Positions 29,331-38,340 of a stretch of DNA of 52,196 nucleotides are shown piece by piece. The translations under genes were made by a program, and so were the position numbers. The DNA is from Candidatus Saganbacteria bacterium CG08_land_8_20_14_0_20_45_16 (GTDB lineage: Bacteria > Margulisbacteria > WOR-1 > O2-12-FULL-45-9). The notes under the pieces are model-generated. The model had not been told where the DNA came from. It worked only from the letters and a program-made list of their open reading frames with translations, and made no database searches. The stretch spans positions 1 through 52,196 of the forward strand of contig PEYM01000002.1 in the NCBI GenBank assembly GCA_002774365.1. The letters are read 5' to 3'. Position 1 is the first letter of the stretch. Every line of letters begins with the position of its first letter.

Positions 29331-30737
29331 TTAAAATAGTGATTGCTGAAATGTTCTGCGATAGAGCGCCAGCAAATCTTGTCCTTCTTTATAGCCTTTA
29401 ACTATTATTGTTGCATTAGTAGTGTATATGCCAGAGAGCCAGTTAGCAAGCTTGGTTGTTAGGTAAGCTTTTTGGCCTAAATGGTGCAGGATCAGAATAT
29501 TTTCAGTTTCAATGGTTTTAAGCAGCTGGTGCAGTGAGGTTTGCTTGGCATTTTGCTTGACCGCGTGATAACCTTGTTGCTTTAAATGGTTTTCTAGTGA
29601 TTCAGCTTGGGCTTGGTTTTTGTCGTCATAAATGATCAAGGTATTGAAAGATAGTTTTTGCCAATCAAGCACGCGATGGGATTCTCCAGCTTGAAGCTTT
29701 TTAGCCGCATTAACAACGTCGGCTGCAGAGATTGTTTCTGTACAATACTTTTCTTGGCACCTGCCGGCATCGCAAAAGATCGGGCACCTGGCTTGCGGGT
29801 GGGCATAGAGGATAATGTGGGGTGATTTATAGGTAGCCCAGCGCACTGGTTTGACGTTTTTAGCTAAAATTATCAAGACCACTGGAGTGCCAACTGCGCC
29901 GGCAATATGGGTGGGTCCGGTATCTGCCCCAATATAGATGTTGAGCCGTTTGATGAGGGCCATCATCTCAGGAATAGTGGTCTGGTTGATCAGGTTAAGC
30001 GGTGGGTGTTGGCAGAGCTTAATGATTTTTTGGCCAGAGGCTTGCTCCTTTGGCCCGCCGGTTAAAATGACCTTAGCGCTAAGCTGGTCAGCAAGCTGAT
30101 CAATGACTGCTGCGTATTTTTCCGCGTCCCAAGACCTTGACGAAGTGCAGCCAGGGTGGACCCCGATTAAATAATCATTATCCAAAACACCTAGGGCAGC
30201 CAATCTCTGTCTAAATTTAGTGATTGTTGCTTCAGGTACGGGCATGTTTAATTTTGGGATTTCAGCTTTTAGGCCAACGCTCTCTAAAAGATCTAAATGG
30301 AGCTCAACAATGTGCTTGGTGTAATCTTTGTACTTGATGATTTTACCGCAGTTGTAAAATAGACCGAGCAGCAATCTTGATTTGTCTCCTAAACGATAGG
30401 GGATTCTGGCTAAGTATTGCAGCAGGGTGTGTTTGATGTTAAAACTATAAAAATCAATTGAGAGGTCAAACTTTTTCGCCCTGATCTCAGCCACATATTT
30501 TAAAAAGGCAGGGAGACTCTTTGCTTGTCCACCTTTGATCTTATCGATAATAATTTCATCAATATCTGGATGGTGAGCCATGACCTCAGCGGTGTATTGT
30601 TGCAGGAGAAGGGCAATCTTTGCCGCTGGAAAGGCTTTTCTAATTGCGGCAATGGCTGGGGTGATCAAGACCAGATCGCCAATCGCGTCTGGCCTAACAA
30701 TTAATATTTTCTTAATTTTATCTTTGGGTAATTTCAT
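29331..30737 (-). CDS. GT9 glycosyltransferase with C-terminal extension
   Basis: RPDAIGD, HPG and DTGPTHIA motifs. Confidence 0.88.
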   Translation of the reverse strand: MKLPKDKIKKILIVRPDAIGDLVLITPAIAAIRKAFPAAKIALLLQQYTAEVMAHHPDIDEIIIDKIKGGQAKSLPAFLKYVAEIRAKKFDLSIDFYSFNIKHTLLQYLARIPYRLGDKSRLLLGLFYNCGKIIKYKDYTKHIVELHLDLLESVGLKAEIPKLNMPVPEATITKFRQRLAALGVLDNDYLIGVHPGCTSSRSWDAEKYAAVIDQLADQLSAKVILTGGPKEQASGQKIIKLCQHPPLNLINQTTIPEMMALIKRLNIYIGADTGPTHIAGAVGTPVVLIILAKNVKPVRWATYKSPHIILYAHPQARCPIFCDAGRCQEKYCTETISAADVVNAAKKLQAGESHRVLDWQKLSFNTLIIYDDKNQAQAESLENHLKQQGYHAVKQNAKQTSLHQLLKTIETENILILHHLGQKAYLTTKLANWLSGIYTTNATIIVKGYKEGQDLLALYRRTFQQSLF

Positions 30738-30738
30738 C

Positions 30739-31515
30739 TTAAAACAACTCGCTTAGCGGCCGAGATTTAACGTTGGTTTTTTTTGGGGCAAAAGTTTCAG
30801 CTGCCCCGACAGCTAACCCCCTTTTTTTAGATTCAGTTTTGAATTTTTGCCAACGATTCCCTCGGGCCAGCAGCTCGGCCTCTGATTTTAGGTTGCCCCA
30901 GTGGATCATTTTGATCTCTCTTTTAATTCTACACCATTGCCAGCCTTGATCAGTGCCAAAAAAACCAGGGTGGATAGGTTTACCTTTGTAAGCTGGCCGC
31001 TCGTGGACCTTATAAATGTAGCTGATCTCTGGCAGGTTGCGAAAAAGCCGCAGCTGCAGGTCCGCGTTAGGCTGGCCAATAAAATGGTCTGGGTCAGGAA
31101 AAAGCGCGACGCGGGGAAAACTAAAAGCAACAGTTGATTGGTCGTGAATAATCTTATCAATCACTGCTGGGCTGTTAGGGGAGAGGGTTTCATCAGCATC
31201 TAGGGCTAAGATCCAATCACCGCGGCAATGTTTCTTGGCAAGATTTCTTTGTTCGGCAAAAGAATCGCCCATTGGCTGCTCGATCAATTTAAGATTAAAG
31301 TGACTGCCATATTTATTTACAAAAGTTTTAGTTTGGTCAGTTGAACCGCCATCAACCACCACCACCTCAAAGGGGTTGTAATTTTTGAGGTGATCAAACC
31401 ATTGTTTGATTAAATTTTCCTCGTCTAAAACAATGAGCATGATCGAGAGCTTTTGAGGCGTATTTTCGTAGTGCTTAAAGAGCATAGCCTTATTGGCCCC
31501 TGACCAAAGTTTCAT
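30739..31515 (-). CDS. GT2 glycosyltransferase (WaaE/beta-1,4-glucosyltransferase-like)
   Basis: VDGGSTD, FAEQRN, LDADE, LRLF and VHE motifs. The start may be ATG 31485. Confidence 0.85.
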   Translation of the reverse strand: MKLWSGANKAMLFKHYENTPQKLSIMLIVLDEENLIKQWFDHLKNYNPFEVVVVDGGSTDQTKTFVNKYGSHFNLKLIEQPMGDSFAEQRNLAKKHCRGDWILALDADETLSPNSPAVIDKIIHDQSTVAFSFPRVALFPDPDHFIGQPNADLQLRLFRNLPEISYIYKVHERPAYKGKPIHPGFFGTDQGWQWCRIKREIKMIHWGNLKSEAELLARGNRWQKFKTESKKRGLAVGAAETFAPKKTNVKSRPLSELF

Positions 31516-32917
31516 AGTAGTTTATTAAATCTTGGCTCGATATTGATTTTGGTAAACCTGTGGCTATAACCAGGTCAGTTTTGTAGTATTTTTTAAGCAG
31601 GAACAACCTTAGGCGAACAAAAAGAGAGGGCTGGCCAATCAAGTGCAGGAGATTAACTTTTTCTTGGTTAAAAAGCTTGATCAAGGTAGAGAGGTGAGTG
31701 TTTTGCCGGACCAATAAAGCTTTATAGCCGTCTTGCTTTAAGCAGTTGGTAATATCTTTGGCCTCCTTGCTAGAGTTATTGTGCCAAAGGACAATTGAGT
31801 AAGATAATTTTTGCCAAGCTGCTCTGATTTCAGGCTTGTTTTTTAAACCCTGGTGATTAAGAAGTTTTTGGGCTGCGGTGTATACCTCTGCTGGTGTTAC
31901 ATCTTCCTGGCAGAGGTCAAGCTGGCAAGAGGGGGCTGAGCATCTTTTGGGGCAGGGGCTTGTCCCTCTTTTTAAAATTATTTGTTCGGTTTCCCATGGG
32001 CCCCACTGGGTGGGGAGCTGGCTTTTAGAGAGAAAGATGGCCAGGGTAGGGACCTTAAGGGCGGCTCCTAAATGCATGGGGCCACTGTCAAAGCAGATGT
32101 GGAGCTGACAGAGCCGCAAAATTGAGATCAGCTGGCCAACATCACTTTGGCCAACCAGATTGATTACTTGTTCTTTGGAAAATTGCTGACTAATGGTTTG
32201 GGCTTGGCCAGCAAATTCTTGTCCGCCTAAAAGCAGCACTCTAACTTTTGGCTCTGCCAGCAGGAGTTTAATTAATTCAATTTGCCGCTCTGGCCGCCAG
32301 TATTTATTGGCCCCGCTCGTACCCAGGGAGAAAGCAATTAAAACATCATTGGTGTTAAAGTTATGGTCTGCTGAAATTTGCTCGATAAAGGCGTGGTCCT
32401 TAAAATTTATAGTTGGCGAGATGATTGTTTCGCAATTTGGACAAACAGGCCGCAGCAATTGCAAATTAAGCTCAAGGTAATGATAGTTAAAATGATAGAA
32501 CTTTCTCTTAAGGCCAAGGTTAAATGTCCAGCCAGCGCGATAGGTCAGCTTGTCTCCAATCCGCCAGGGGATCCCTGCTAGCCAGCCCAGATAAGCGTGG
32601 GTTTCATTGCCCCAGGTCAGGACAGATAAGTCAAATTTTTTAGCTTTGATCTGGCGGGCGAAATTTAATAGCTTAAAGATGTTACTGCTTGGTTGGTTTT
32701 TCTTTTGAGCGTCAAGCTCGTCAATTATTATTTCGTCAATCAAGGGATTGCCAGCAAAGATTGGTTGGCTTAGCTGGCGGCACATGACAGTTAAATGGGC
32801 CAGGGGAAAGACTTGCTTTAGCTGGGAAATCAGTGGCAGAGCCATAACATCGTCGCCCAGGCCATGATTTCTGCCAAGTAGGATCCTTTTAATTTCTGGT
32901 CTGGGGTATTTGGTCAT
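31490..32917 (-). CDS. GT9 glycosyltransferase with C-terminal extension
   Basis: GLGDD and DSGPMHLGAAL motifs; paralog of 29331-30737. Confidence 0.88.
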   Translation of the reverse strand: MTKYPRPEIKRILLGRNHGLGDDVMALPLISQLKQVFPLAHLTVMCRQLSQPIFAGNPLIDEIIIDELDAQKKNQPSSNIFKLLNFARQIKAKKFDLSVLTWGNETHAYLGWLAGIPWRIGDKLTYRAGWTFNLGLKRKFYHFNYHYLELNLQLLRPVCPNCETIISPTINFKDHAFIEQISADHNFNTNDVLIAFSLGTSGANKYWRPERQIELIKLLLAEPKVRVLLLGGQEFAGQAQTISQQFSKEQVINLVGQSDVGQLISILRLCQLHICFDSGPMHLGAALKVPTLAIFLSKSQLPTQWGPWETEQIILKRGTSPCPKRCSAPSCQLDLCQEDVTPAEVYTAAQKLLNHQGLKNKPEIRAAWQKLSYSIVLWHNNSSKEAKDITNCLKQDGYKALLVRQNTHLSTLIKLFNQEKVNLLHLIGQPSLFVRLRLFLLKKYYKTDLVIATGLPKSISSQDLINYYETLVRGQ

Positions 32918-32963
32918 CCCAGCTTAAGTTTAGCAAAATATGGTAAAATAATAAACCAAAAGC

Positions 32964-33926
32964 ATGACTAAACCACTTTTAACAATTGGGATCCCAACAT
33001 ATAAACGGCCAGAGTGCCTTGGCCCACTCTTAGCCGAGATCATGCCAGCTTGTGAGGCGCGTGGGATTGAGGTTTTGGTCAGTAGCAATTCTCAGGATGC
33101 GGCCACGAAACAAATCCTCGCCAAATTTGCCGAGTACCGTTATTTTCAAGGAGTGATCAATCAGGAAAACCTTGGTTTTGACGGTAATATTCTAGCTTTG
33201 CTAAAAAAGGCCCAGGGTTCTTTTCTTTGGCTTCTAAGTGATGATGACGTCCTAGATATCTCTCGGCTTGATGCGCTCCTTAATTTAATCACGGCGCAGC
33301 CTGAGGTTGGCCTTTTCTATCTTAATTATAAATATCTTGATGGCCAGGGATATCCCGCAATCAGGGGCCAGGAGTTGAAATATTCATTAAATAGCCAGCA
33401 AAAATATCTGGACACGATCTTGCATAAAGGGACGCTGATCTCAACTAACATTGTTAATCTGAATTATTATCGGGCCATCACAATCAATCCAGATTGTCTT
33501 GGTGAGGGGTGGATCCATCTGCATATTTTTTTGAACTTAGCCAATTATTTGGCCAGCCAAGGGGTTAAGAACATTACAGTTACAGATATTCTTGTCCAGC
33601 AGCAAACTGGCAAGGCGCACCACACTATGCCAGAGTTTGCAGACTTGTTTATTACTAAATTTCTCTTAACATTAGAGCGCTCAACCCATGATAATCTTGA
33701 CCTGGAAAAATTCAAAGAGAATTTTTTTAAGTTAAACATAAAAGCCAGGTTGTTTTGTTTGGGGGAGGGGCTGGACTACGCAAGCTTCTGCCGGGTTTTT
33801 AGGCTGGTGCTACGACATTTTCCTCTCAGCCCGTTGGATAAAGTACATTTTTTCTTGGCCAATATTGGCTTGCGCGGGCTCGTTCATTTGATGTCACTCT
33901 TTGGCCGTCGCCAACAAGCAGGATAA
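32964..33926 (+). CDS. GT2 glycosyltransferase (RfbV-like)
   Basis: LLTIGIPTYKR, NLGFDGN and WLLSDDD motifs. Confidence 0.82.
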   Translation: MTKPLLTIGIPTYKRPECLGPLLAEIMPACEARGIEVLVSSNSQDAATKQILAKFAEYRYFQGVINQENLGFDGNILALLKKAQGSFLWLLSDDDVLDISRLDALLNLITAQPEVGLFYLNYKYLDGQGYPAIRGQELKYSLNSQQKYLDTILHKGTLISTNIVNLNYYRAITINPDCLGEGWIHLHIFLNLANYLASQGVKNITVTDILVQQQTGKAHHTMPEFADLFITKFLLTLERSTHDNLDLEKFKENFFKLNIKARLFCLGEGLDYASFCRVFRLVLRHFPLSPLDKVHFFLANIGLRGLVHLMSLFGRRQQAG

Positions 33927-33928
33927 TT

Positions 33929-35458
33929 TTACTTGTTTTTTGCTCGCCGTGATTTTAAGAGCAGATAATATTTTTTTTCAGCCACCAGCTTAAAGTTTGG
34001 GTCAGCCATGACTTTATCAAACCATATTTGATATTCTTTTTGTGCAATTGGGGCGCGTGGGACCTCGCCGATAAAAGTAAATTCTAAGAGCTTGGCATAA
34101 TTCTTTTCTTTGAGCAATTGCTTGATCACAGGCGTGTAATCGCCCTCAAGCGGCCAAGTTGGGTCAAGTTTACATAAAATAAGGTAGTCTGATTGCTCAT
34201 AATTTTTGGGGAAGATCCAAATATTTTTGCGATGAGCTAGATGGGGATAGAGATTTCCTAAGGCTGAAATTGCCGCATCTTTAGGGACCAGGGGGAGTAG
34301 TGCCTGGCCGTCCCTAACAGCTGGAGTGACGGTAGTGTAGCGGAAGAAAAAGCCCAAGAAGAAGTAAAGCATTGATAGGACCAGACAAAAGATCATTGTT
34401 CGCCGGATCAGTTTTAAAATGCGTTCTTTGGCGCTTGGCTCCTGTATGGTCTGAAGCAGCTTTTCCAGCCCCAAAATAGCGGACATGAAGACAAAAGGAA
34501 TTGTGGCTGATGGGTAGCGCGTGCCGAGCTGGTACATGTCGCTGTAGGTACTTAAGAGGTTTTGGGCCAAGGCTGGAATAGCTGGGATAAGGGCCGAGGG
34601 TGCCAAGAAAGAGAGAAAGGCCACTGGCAAAAAAAGCCCCACTAGGTAAAGTATTTTGTCGGTAATAAGGATGTGCTTAAAAACAAAAAAAGGCCTAGTG
34701 AACAAGGTTTTTAAGGCTGCAGCTGTAGAAGTGCCCAGATACGCGTAGCGTTCAAAATAAGTGTAATTTGTTCCCTTAAAATAAGGAATAATTATTTGTA
34801 GGTCGATGACAAACAGTGCAAGGCCGCCGAGCAAAAGCGAGCTGCCAAGCAGTTTGGGTTTTTTCTTCAAAAGAATGTACCCGCCCAAAAAAGCTGCTAC
34901 GAGTGCTACGTCTTCTTGGCAGAACAGGGCAACCAACAGCCAGAGCAAAAAGGGCCTGTATTTATCGTTTAGCAGATAGTAAAAAGCCAGGAGCAGCGGG
35001 GTGATGGCCAGCGCAATTTGGTAAAAACCCTGAAAAGTAATGTTAACAGTTGGTATATATAGTAAATAGGCCAGCGGAAAAAGCAAGGTAAAAGGGCTGT
35101 CTTTTAGGCGTTCTTTGGCTAACCAATAAATTGGCAGTGCGCCCAGTGCGATTAATATTGTCTGGGTGATAAACAAGAACCTTGGGCCCAGGCCAAAGAA
35201 ATAAAAAGGCAAAAACAGCAGTAGGATAGGGTCTAGGTGATCACCTAAGGTGCAGTAGCCCTTGATCTCACTATAGAAGAAATTTCCCTGAAGGGTATTC
35301 CAGATCAAGTTATCATTATAGCCGTCGTCAAGCGCGTGATTATTAAAAGTGTATTGCTGCATCAGTCGGACATAGCAGAAGAAAACAGTAAAAATAATGA
35401 TAAACCAGATAACTTTTCTTAAGATTTTATCTTGGCTGAATAATTTCATTGAGGTCAA
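33929..35458 (-). CDS. DUF2079-family membrane protein (predicted GT-C)
   Basis: D.G...NLIWNT, LGDHLDP and CQED motifs; multi-TM. Confidence 0.7.
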   Translation of the reverse strand: MTSMKLFSQDKILRKVIWFIIIFTVFFCYVRLMQQYTFNNHALDDGYNDNLIWNTLQGNFFYSEIKGYCTLGDHLDPILLLFLPFYFFGLGPRFLFITQTILIALGALPIYWLAKERLKDSPFTLLFPLAYLLYIPTVNITFQGFYQIALAITPLLLAFYYLLNDKYRPFLLWLLVALFCQEDVALVAAFLGGYILLKKKPKLLGSSLLLGGLALFVIDLQIIIPYFKGTNYTYFERYAYLGTSTAAALKTLFTRPFFVFKHILITDKILYLVGLFLPVAFLSFLAPSALIPAIPALAQNLLSTYSDMYQLGTRYPSATIPFVFMSAILGLEKLLQTIQEPSAKERILKLIRRTMIFCLVLSMLYFFLGFFFRYTTVTPAVRDGQALLPLVPKDAAISALGNLYPHLAHRKNIWIFPKNYEQSDYLILCKLDPTWPLEGDYTPVIKQLLKEKNYAKLLEFTFIGEVPRAPIAQKEYQIWFDKVMADPNFKLVAEKKYYLLLKSRRAKNK

Positions 35459-36458
35459 TTCCGATCTGTTTAATGGCCCTGCCTTGTCCCATCCTGGACT
35501 GGCCGGTTTGGCTCATTTGCTCTTGTCGGTCTGGGTCCTTTACCAATTCCCACACTTGGCCTGCGATAAAGCTGGGATCAAAGTGATCGATAAGTATCAG
35601 TGCCTCCCCCAGCAGTTCTTTTTGGGCCTTGGCAAACTTTTTGTTGTATTGAGAACCGCGGCCTGGAAAGGCAATTATTGGGATCCCACAGCCAGCTGCC
35701 TGCTCATTGCCAGTGCCAGAGAGGCCAATAATCATAGTTGCTTGTTCTAAGACTTGCTCAAATGGTTTATTTTGCAGGTAAGCTGGCACGTCTTTTTCTT
35801 TAGTCGCGGTGATAAGCGCAACCTCAACTTGAGCAGGCTTTAATTTAATGATTTCTTTAGCAATGTCAGCAAAGTCTTTAAGGTTTAATTTAGCGTCAGC
35901 GCGGGTCCCAGGGAGGAAGCCGATCCTCACCCCGGCCGAGCTTTGTTCGGCCACCCCTCTCCATTTTATGGAGAGGGGAAGAAGGCAGTCCATTAGCGGA
36001 TTACCAACGTATTTAGCAAAAGTTAGGTCTTTTAAGGTTTCCTCATCGCGCACATAGGTCTTGATGGCGTATTTTTTAAGCAAAAATTTTTCCCATGGAG
36101 TGTAATTATAGCCAAACGTTTTATAATAACTTGATTTATTAACCCCGACAAAGACAAAGGGTGCGCCGGCAATGAGTGCGCCAATGATTGGGACAAGATC
36201 GCCAATGGCGATGCTTACATCTATCTTGCCTCTAAGTCTTTTGAGGGCAAGGATGTTTTTGATGGTTTGGCCGAGTAAGCCACGACGAATGTCCTGCCAC
36301 AAGAATTTAAAATTGCGCAGGGAAAAACCGCCTGATGGCAGGCTGGTATTAACTAATGGCAGCTTAGTTATCTCACAGCTTTGACCAAACTCTGCTATGA
36401 GCTTATCTGCTACTAGATCCTCGGCGTGGCCGTTGCTAATGAGGAGGATTTTTTTCAT
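35427..36458 (-). CDS. lipid-A-disaccharide synthase-related GT-B protein
   Basis: ISNGHAED, PSGGF, VGNPLMD, LPGTR and GTGNEQAAGCG motifs. Confidence 0.78.
   Translation of the reverse strand: MKKILLISNGHAEDLVADKLIAEFGQSCEITKLPLVNTSLPSGGFSLRNFKFLWQDIRRGLLGQTIKNILALKRLRGKIDVSIAIGDLVPIIGALIAGAPFVFVGVNKSSYYKTFGYNYTPWEKFLLKKYAIKTYVRDEETLKDLTFAKYVGNPLMDCLLPLSIKWRGVAEQSSAGVRIGFLPGTRADAKLNLKDFADIAKEIIKLKPAQVEVALITATKEKDVPAYLQNKPFEQVLEQATMIIGLSGTGNEQAAGCGIPIIAFPGRGSQYNKKFAKAQKELLGEALILIDHFDPSFIAGQVWELVKDPDRQEQMSQTGQSRMGQGRAIKQIGIDLNEIIQPR
35925..35978. repeat. 54-bp double-hairpin REP-like element inserted in-frame
   Basis: CCTCACCCC-GGCCGAG-CTTTG-TTCGGCC-A-CCCCTCTCCAT-TTT-ATGGAGAGGGG. Confidence 0.75.
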
Positions 36459-37150
36459 TTGTATATCAACCTAAACTTTAATACTAACCAAAGTGTTTTG
36501 AGGAGAACGGCCAGATTAAGTTTTGTTTCTCCTCGGGTCCGGTCCTCAAAAACAATTGGGGTTTCATAAATAGAAAAGCCGTTGAGCTTTACATTATAGA
36601 GTATCTCCGAGACAATAGGCGGGCCGACCGAGATCATTTGCTCAAGCGGCAGGGCTGCTAAAACTTTTCGTCTAAAACAGCGATAGCCTGATGTTGGGTC
36701 TTTAACTTTTAGCCCCAGGACTAGTTTAATATAGGTTTGGGCAAATTTAGTGACAATTTGGCGGATAAAACTCCGGTCAATGTCTTTGCCGCCAGGGACA
36801 AAACGCGAACCTAAGACAACGTCGTGGTTTTGGATATGTTTTAAGAGGTCGGGAATATATTTGGGGTGGTGAGAAAAGTCCGCGTCCATTTCAATGATAT
36901 AGTCAGCCCCTTCTTTGAGCGCAAATTTAAAGGCTTCAATTCCAGCCCGCCCGCGACCGCGATCCTTAGTGCGGATGATTGTTTTAACCCCAGGGATTTT
37001 TTGGGCAATCTGCCCAGTGCCATCAGGGGAGTTATCATCAACAACCACTGGAACCAGGCCTTCGATTTTTAGGTTTAGGATGGCTTTTAACAGCCCCTCA
37101 ATATTCTCTGCTTCATTATAGGTTGGTATGATGACGTAGGTTCTGGGCAT
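36455..37150 (-). CDS. polyprenol monophosphomannose synthase (DPM1-like GT2)
   Basis: IPTYNEAEN, VDDNSPDGT, EMDADFSH and DPTSGYR motifs. Confidence 0.9.
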   Translation of the reverse strand: MPRTYVIIPTYNEAENIEGLLKAILNLKIEGLVPVVVDDNSPDGTGQIAQKIPGVKTIIRTKDRGRGRAGIEAFKFALKEGADYIIEMDADFSHHPKYIPDLLKHIQNHDVVLGSRFVPGGKDIDRSFIRQIVTKFAQTYIKLVLGLKVKDPTSGYRCFRRKVLAALPLEQMISVGPPIVSEILYNVKLNGFSIYETPIVFEDRTRGETKLNLAVLLKTLWLVLKFRLIYK

Positions 37151-37155
37151 AGAAA

Positions 37156-37290
37156 CTAAAGCTTTGTTTTAATCGCGTCAATATGTTTAGAGATTGACTG
37201 CGGGGCGTTCTGGATAAATGCTTTGATTCTGTCCCATTTTATGTCGAGATATTGAGCGATGCTTTCCTTCTGTGCCTTATCTAGAATCAT
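37156..37290 (-). pseudogene. internally deleted HEPN/DUF86 toxin remnant (44 aa)
   Basis: MILDKAQKESIA-QYLDIKWDRIKAFIQ... Its ATG overlaps the MNT stop. It retains DUF86-like post-His residues but lacks Rx4H. Confidence 0.6.
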
Positions 37291-37688
37291 AAGCCAGCTC
37301 CTTGTTTTCTTTGTTTTTCCCGCAATCTAAAAAGGTCAATGATAAAATCCTGCATATCTTCGGCTTCGCTTGATATTTCCAGGAGTTTTTTTAAGTAGAA
37401 AGCATAATTTTTAATAAGCAGTTTTTTTCCGCGCAGGGCAGACCAGGCAACAGTTGGCCTGGCTTCTGGAAGAAGAATTAAATCAACTTCTGTTTGCAGC
37501 AACGATTCTAACTCTTGCCAAAGATGGTTAAATTCATCTCTTGATAATTCTTTAGTCGGCCAGATGGCAATATCAAAATCTGATCTACTTGAGGCTTTAC
37601 CTTTTGCCTGGGAGCCAAAGAGAAAAGCCAAGCTGATATTTTGTTTGTTTTTGAAGAAATTTTTTAGATTTTCAAGTTGGTTGCCCAT
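37287..37688 (-). CDS. MntA-like nucleotidyltransferase antitoxin
   Basis: AFLFGSQAKG...SDFDIAI and EVDLILL motifs. Confidence 0.88.
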   Translation of the reverse strand: MGNQLENLKNFFKNKQNISLAFLFGSQAKGKASSRSDFDIAIWPTKELSRDEFNHLWQELESLLQTEVDLILLPEARPTVAWSALRGKKLLIKNYAFYLKKLLEISSEAEDMQDFIIDLFRLREKQRKQGAGL

Positions 37689-37765
37689 CTAATAAAAGTA
37701 TAGGAAATCAGGGGTGATTAGTCAATATGTCCTGCGACAGACGGACGATGAAATCAAAATCCCAC

Positions 37766-37794
37766 TTGCAAATTTCTGGGGGGGGGGGGAAAAT
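37766..37794 (+). promoter_or_regulatory. putative promoter with a G12 homopolymer in the spacer
   Basis: TTGCAA (37766-71), 17 nt, GAAAAT. The G12 run spans 37778-37789. Confidence 0.45.
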
Positions 37795-37834
37795 ACAAGT
37801 GTCTTAAAACTTTATAAAATGAGGAGGTGAAATA

Positions 37835-38275
37835 ATGAAGAAACTTATCGGGTGTTTGTTAGTTTTTTTAGTTGGTGTTCTTTGCCTGGCAACTTACGCC
37901 ACGCCCTCTATCGATCGTAGCAGGATCCCAACTCTTGTGAACATCAGGGTTGTTTATAGCGATGGGCATGGAATTGTTACGGGCGCAAATAGAGAATGTT
38001 GGGTGTATGTTTGGCGGGTTGAGCGAGGGAGCCCAATGTTGACTCAAGTCACAAAGGGTAAAACAACGAACGGTACTTTTGTTGCACGTTTAGCCACTGG
38101 TAATTATATCGCGACGGTTCAAAAAACTGGGCTTGGAGAAAATATTGCTCAGGGGGCGGCTTATAGTAAAGAGCCAGAAAGTTTTGAAATAGTAATGACT
38201 CCTGTCGTGAAAATCATTACCGTTAAATTGCCTTTTTCTTTAAGAGGGGATATGGTATCTGATAGCGCGGATTAG
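37835..38275 (+). CDS. secreted hypothetical protein, beta-rich (Ig/prealbumin-like)
   Basis: SD GAGGAGGT, Sec signal peptide, G.T.NGTF...L..GNY.A.V pattern. Confidence 0.75.
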   Translation: MKKLIGCLLVFLVGVLCLATYATPSIDRSRIPTLVNIRVVYSDGHGIVTGANRECWVYVWRVERGSPMLTQVTKGKTTNGTFVARLATGNYIATVQKTGLGENIAQGAAYSKEPESFEIVMTPVVKIITVKLPFSLRGDMVSDSAD

Positions 38276-38298
38276 GATTGGAAATAGAGAAGCGAATG

Positions 38299-38333
38299 AA
38301 CCAGCTGGTTTAGATTCCCTAAGCCAGCTGGTT
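38299..38333. terminator. hairpin between convergent genes (likely bidirectional terminator)
   Basis: AACCAGCTGGTTTAG-ATTCC-CTAAGCCAGCTGGTT, a 15-bp stem with one G:U pair. Confidence 0.7.
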
Positions 38334-38340
38334 TGATGTT

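Noticed and set aside
32372-32390. TGAAATTT inside a GT9 gene
   Set aside because: It is intragenic and GATA is only 4 nt away, so it is a chance match to half the motif.
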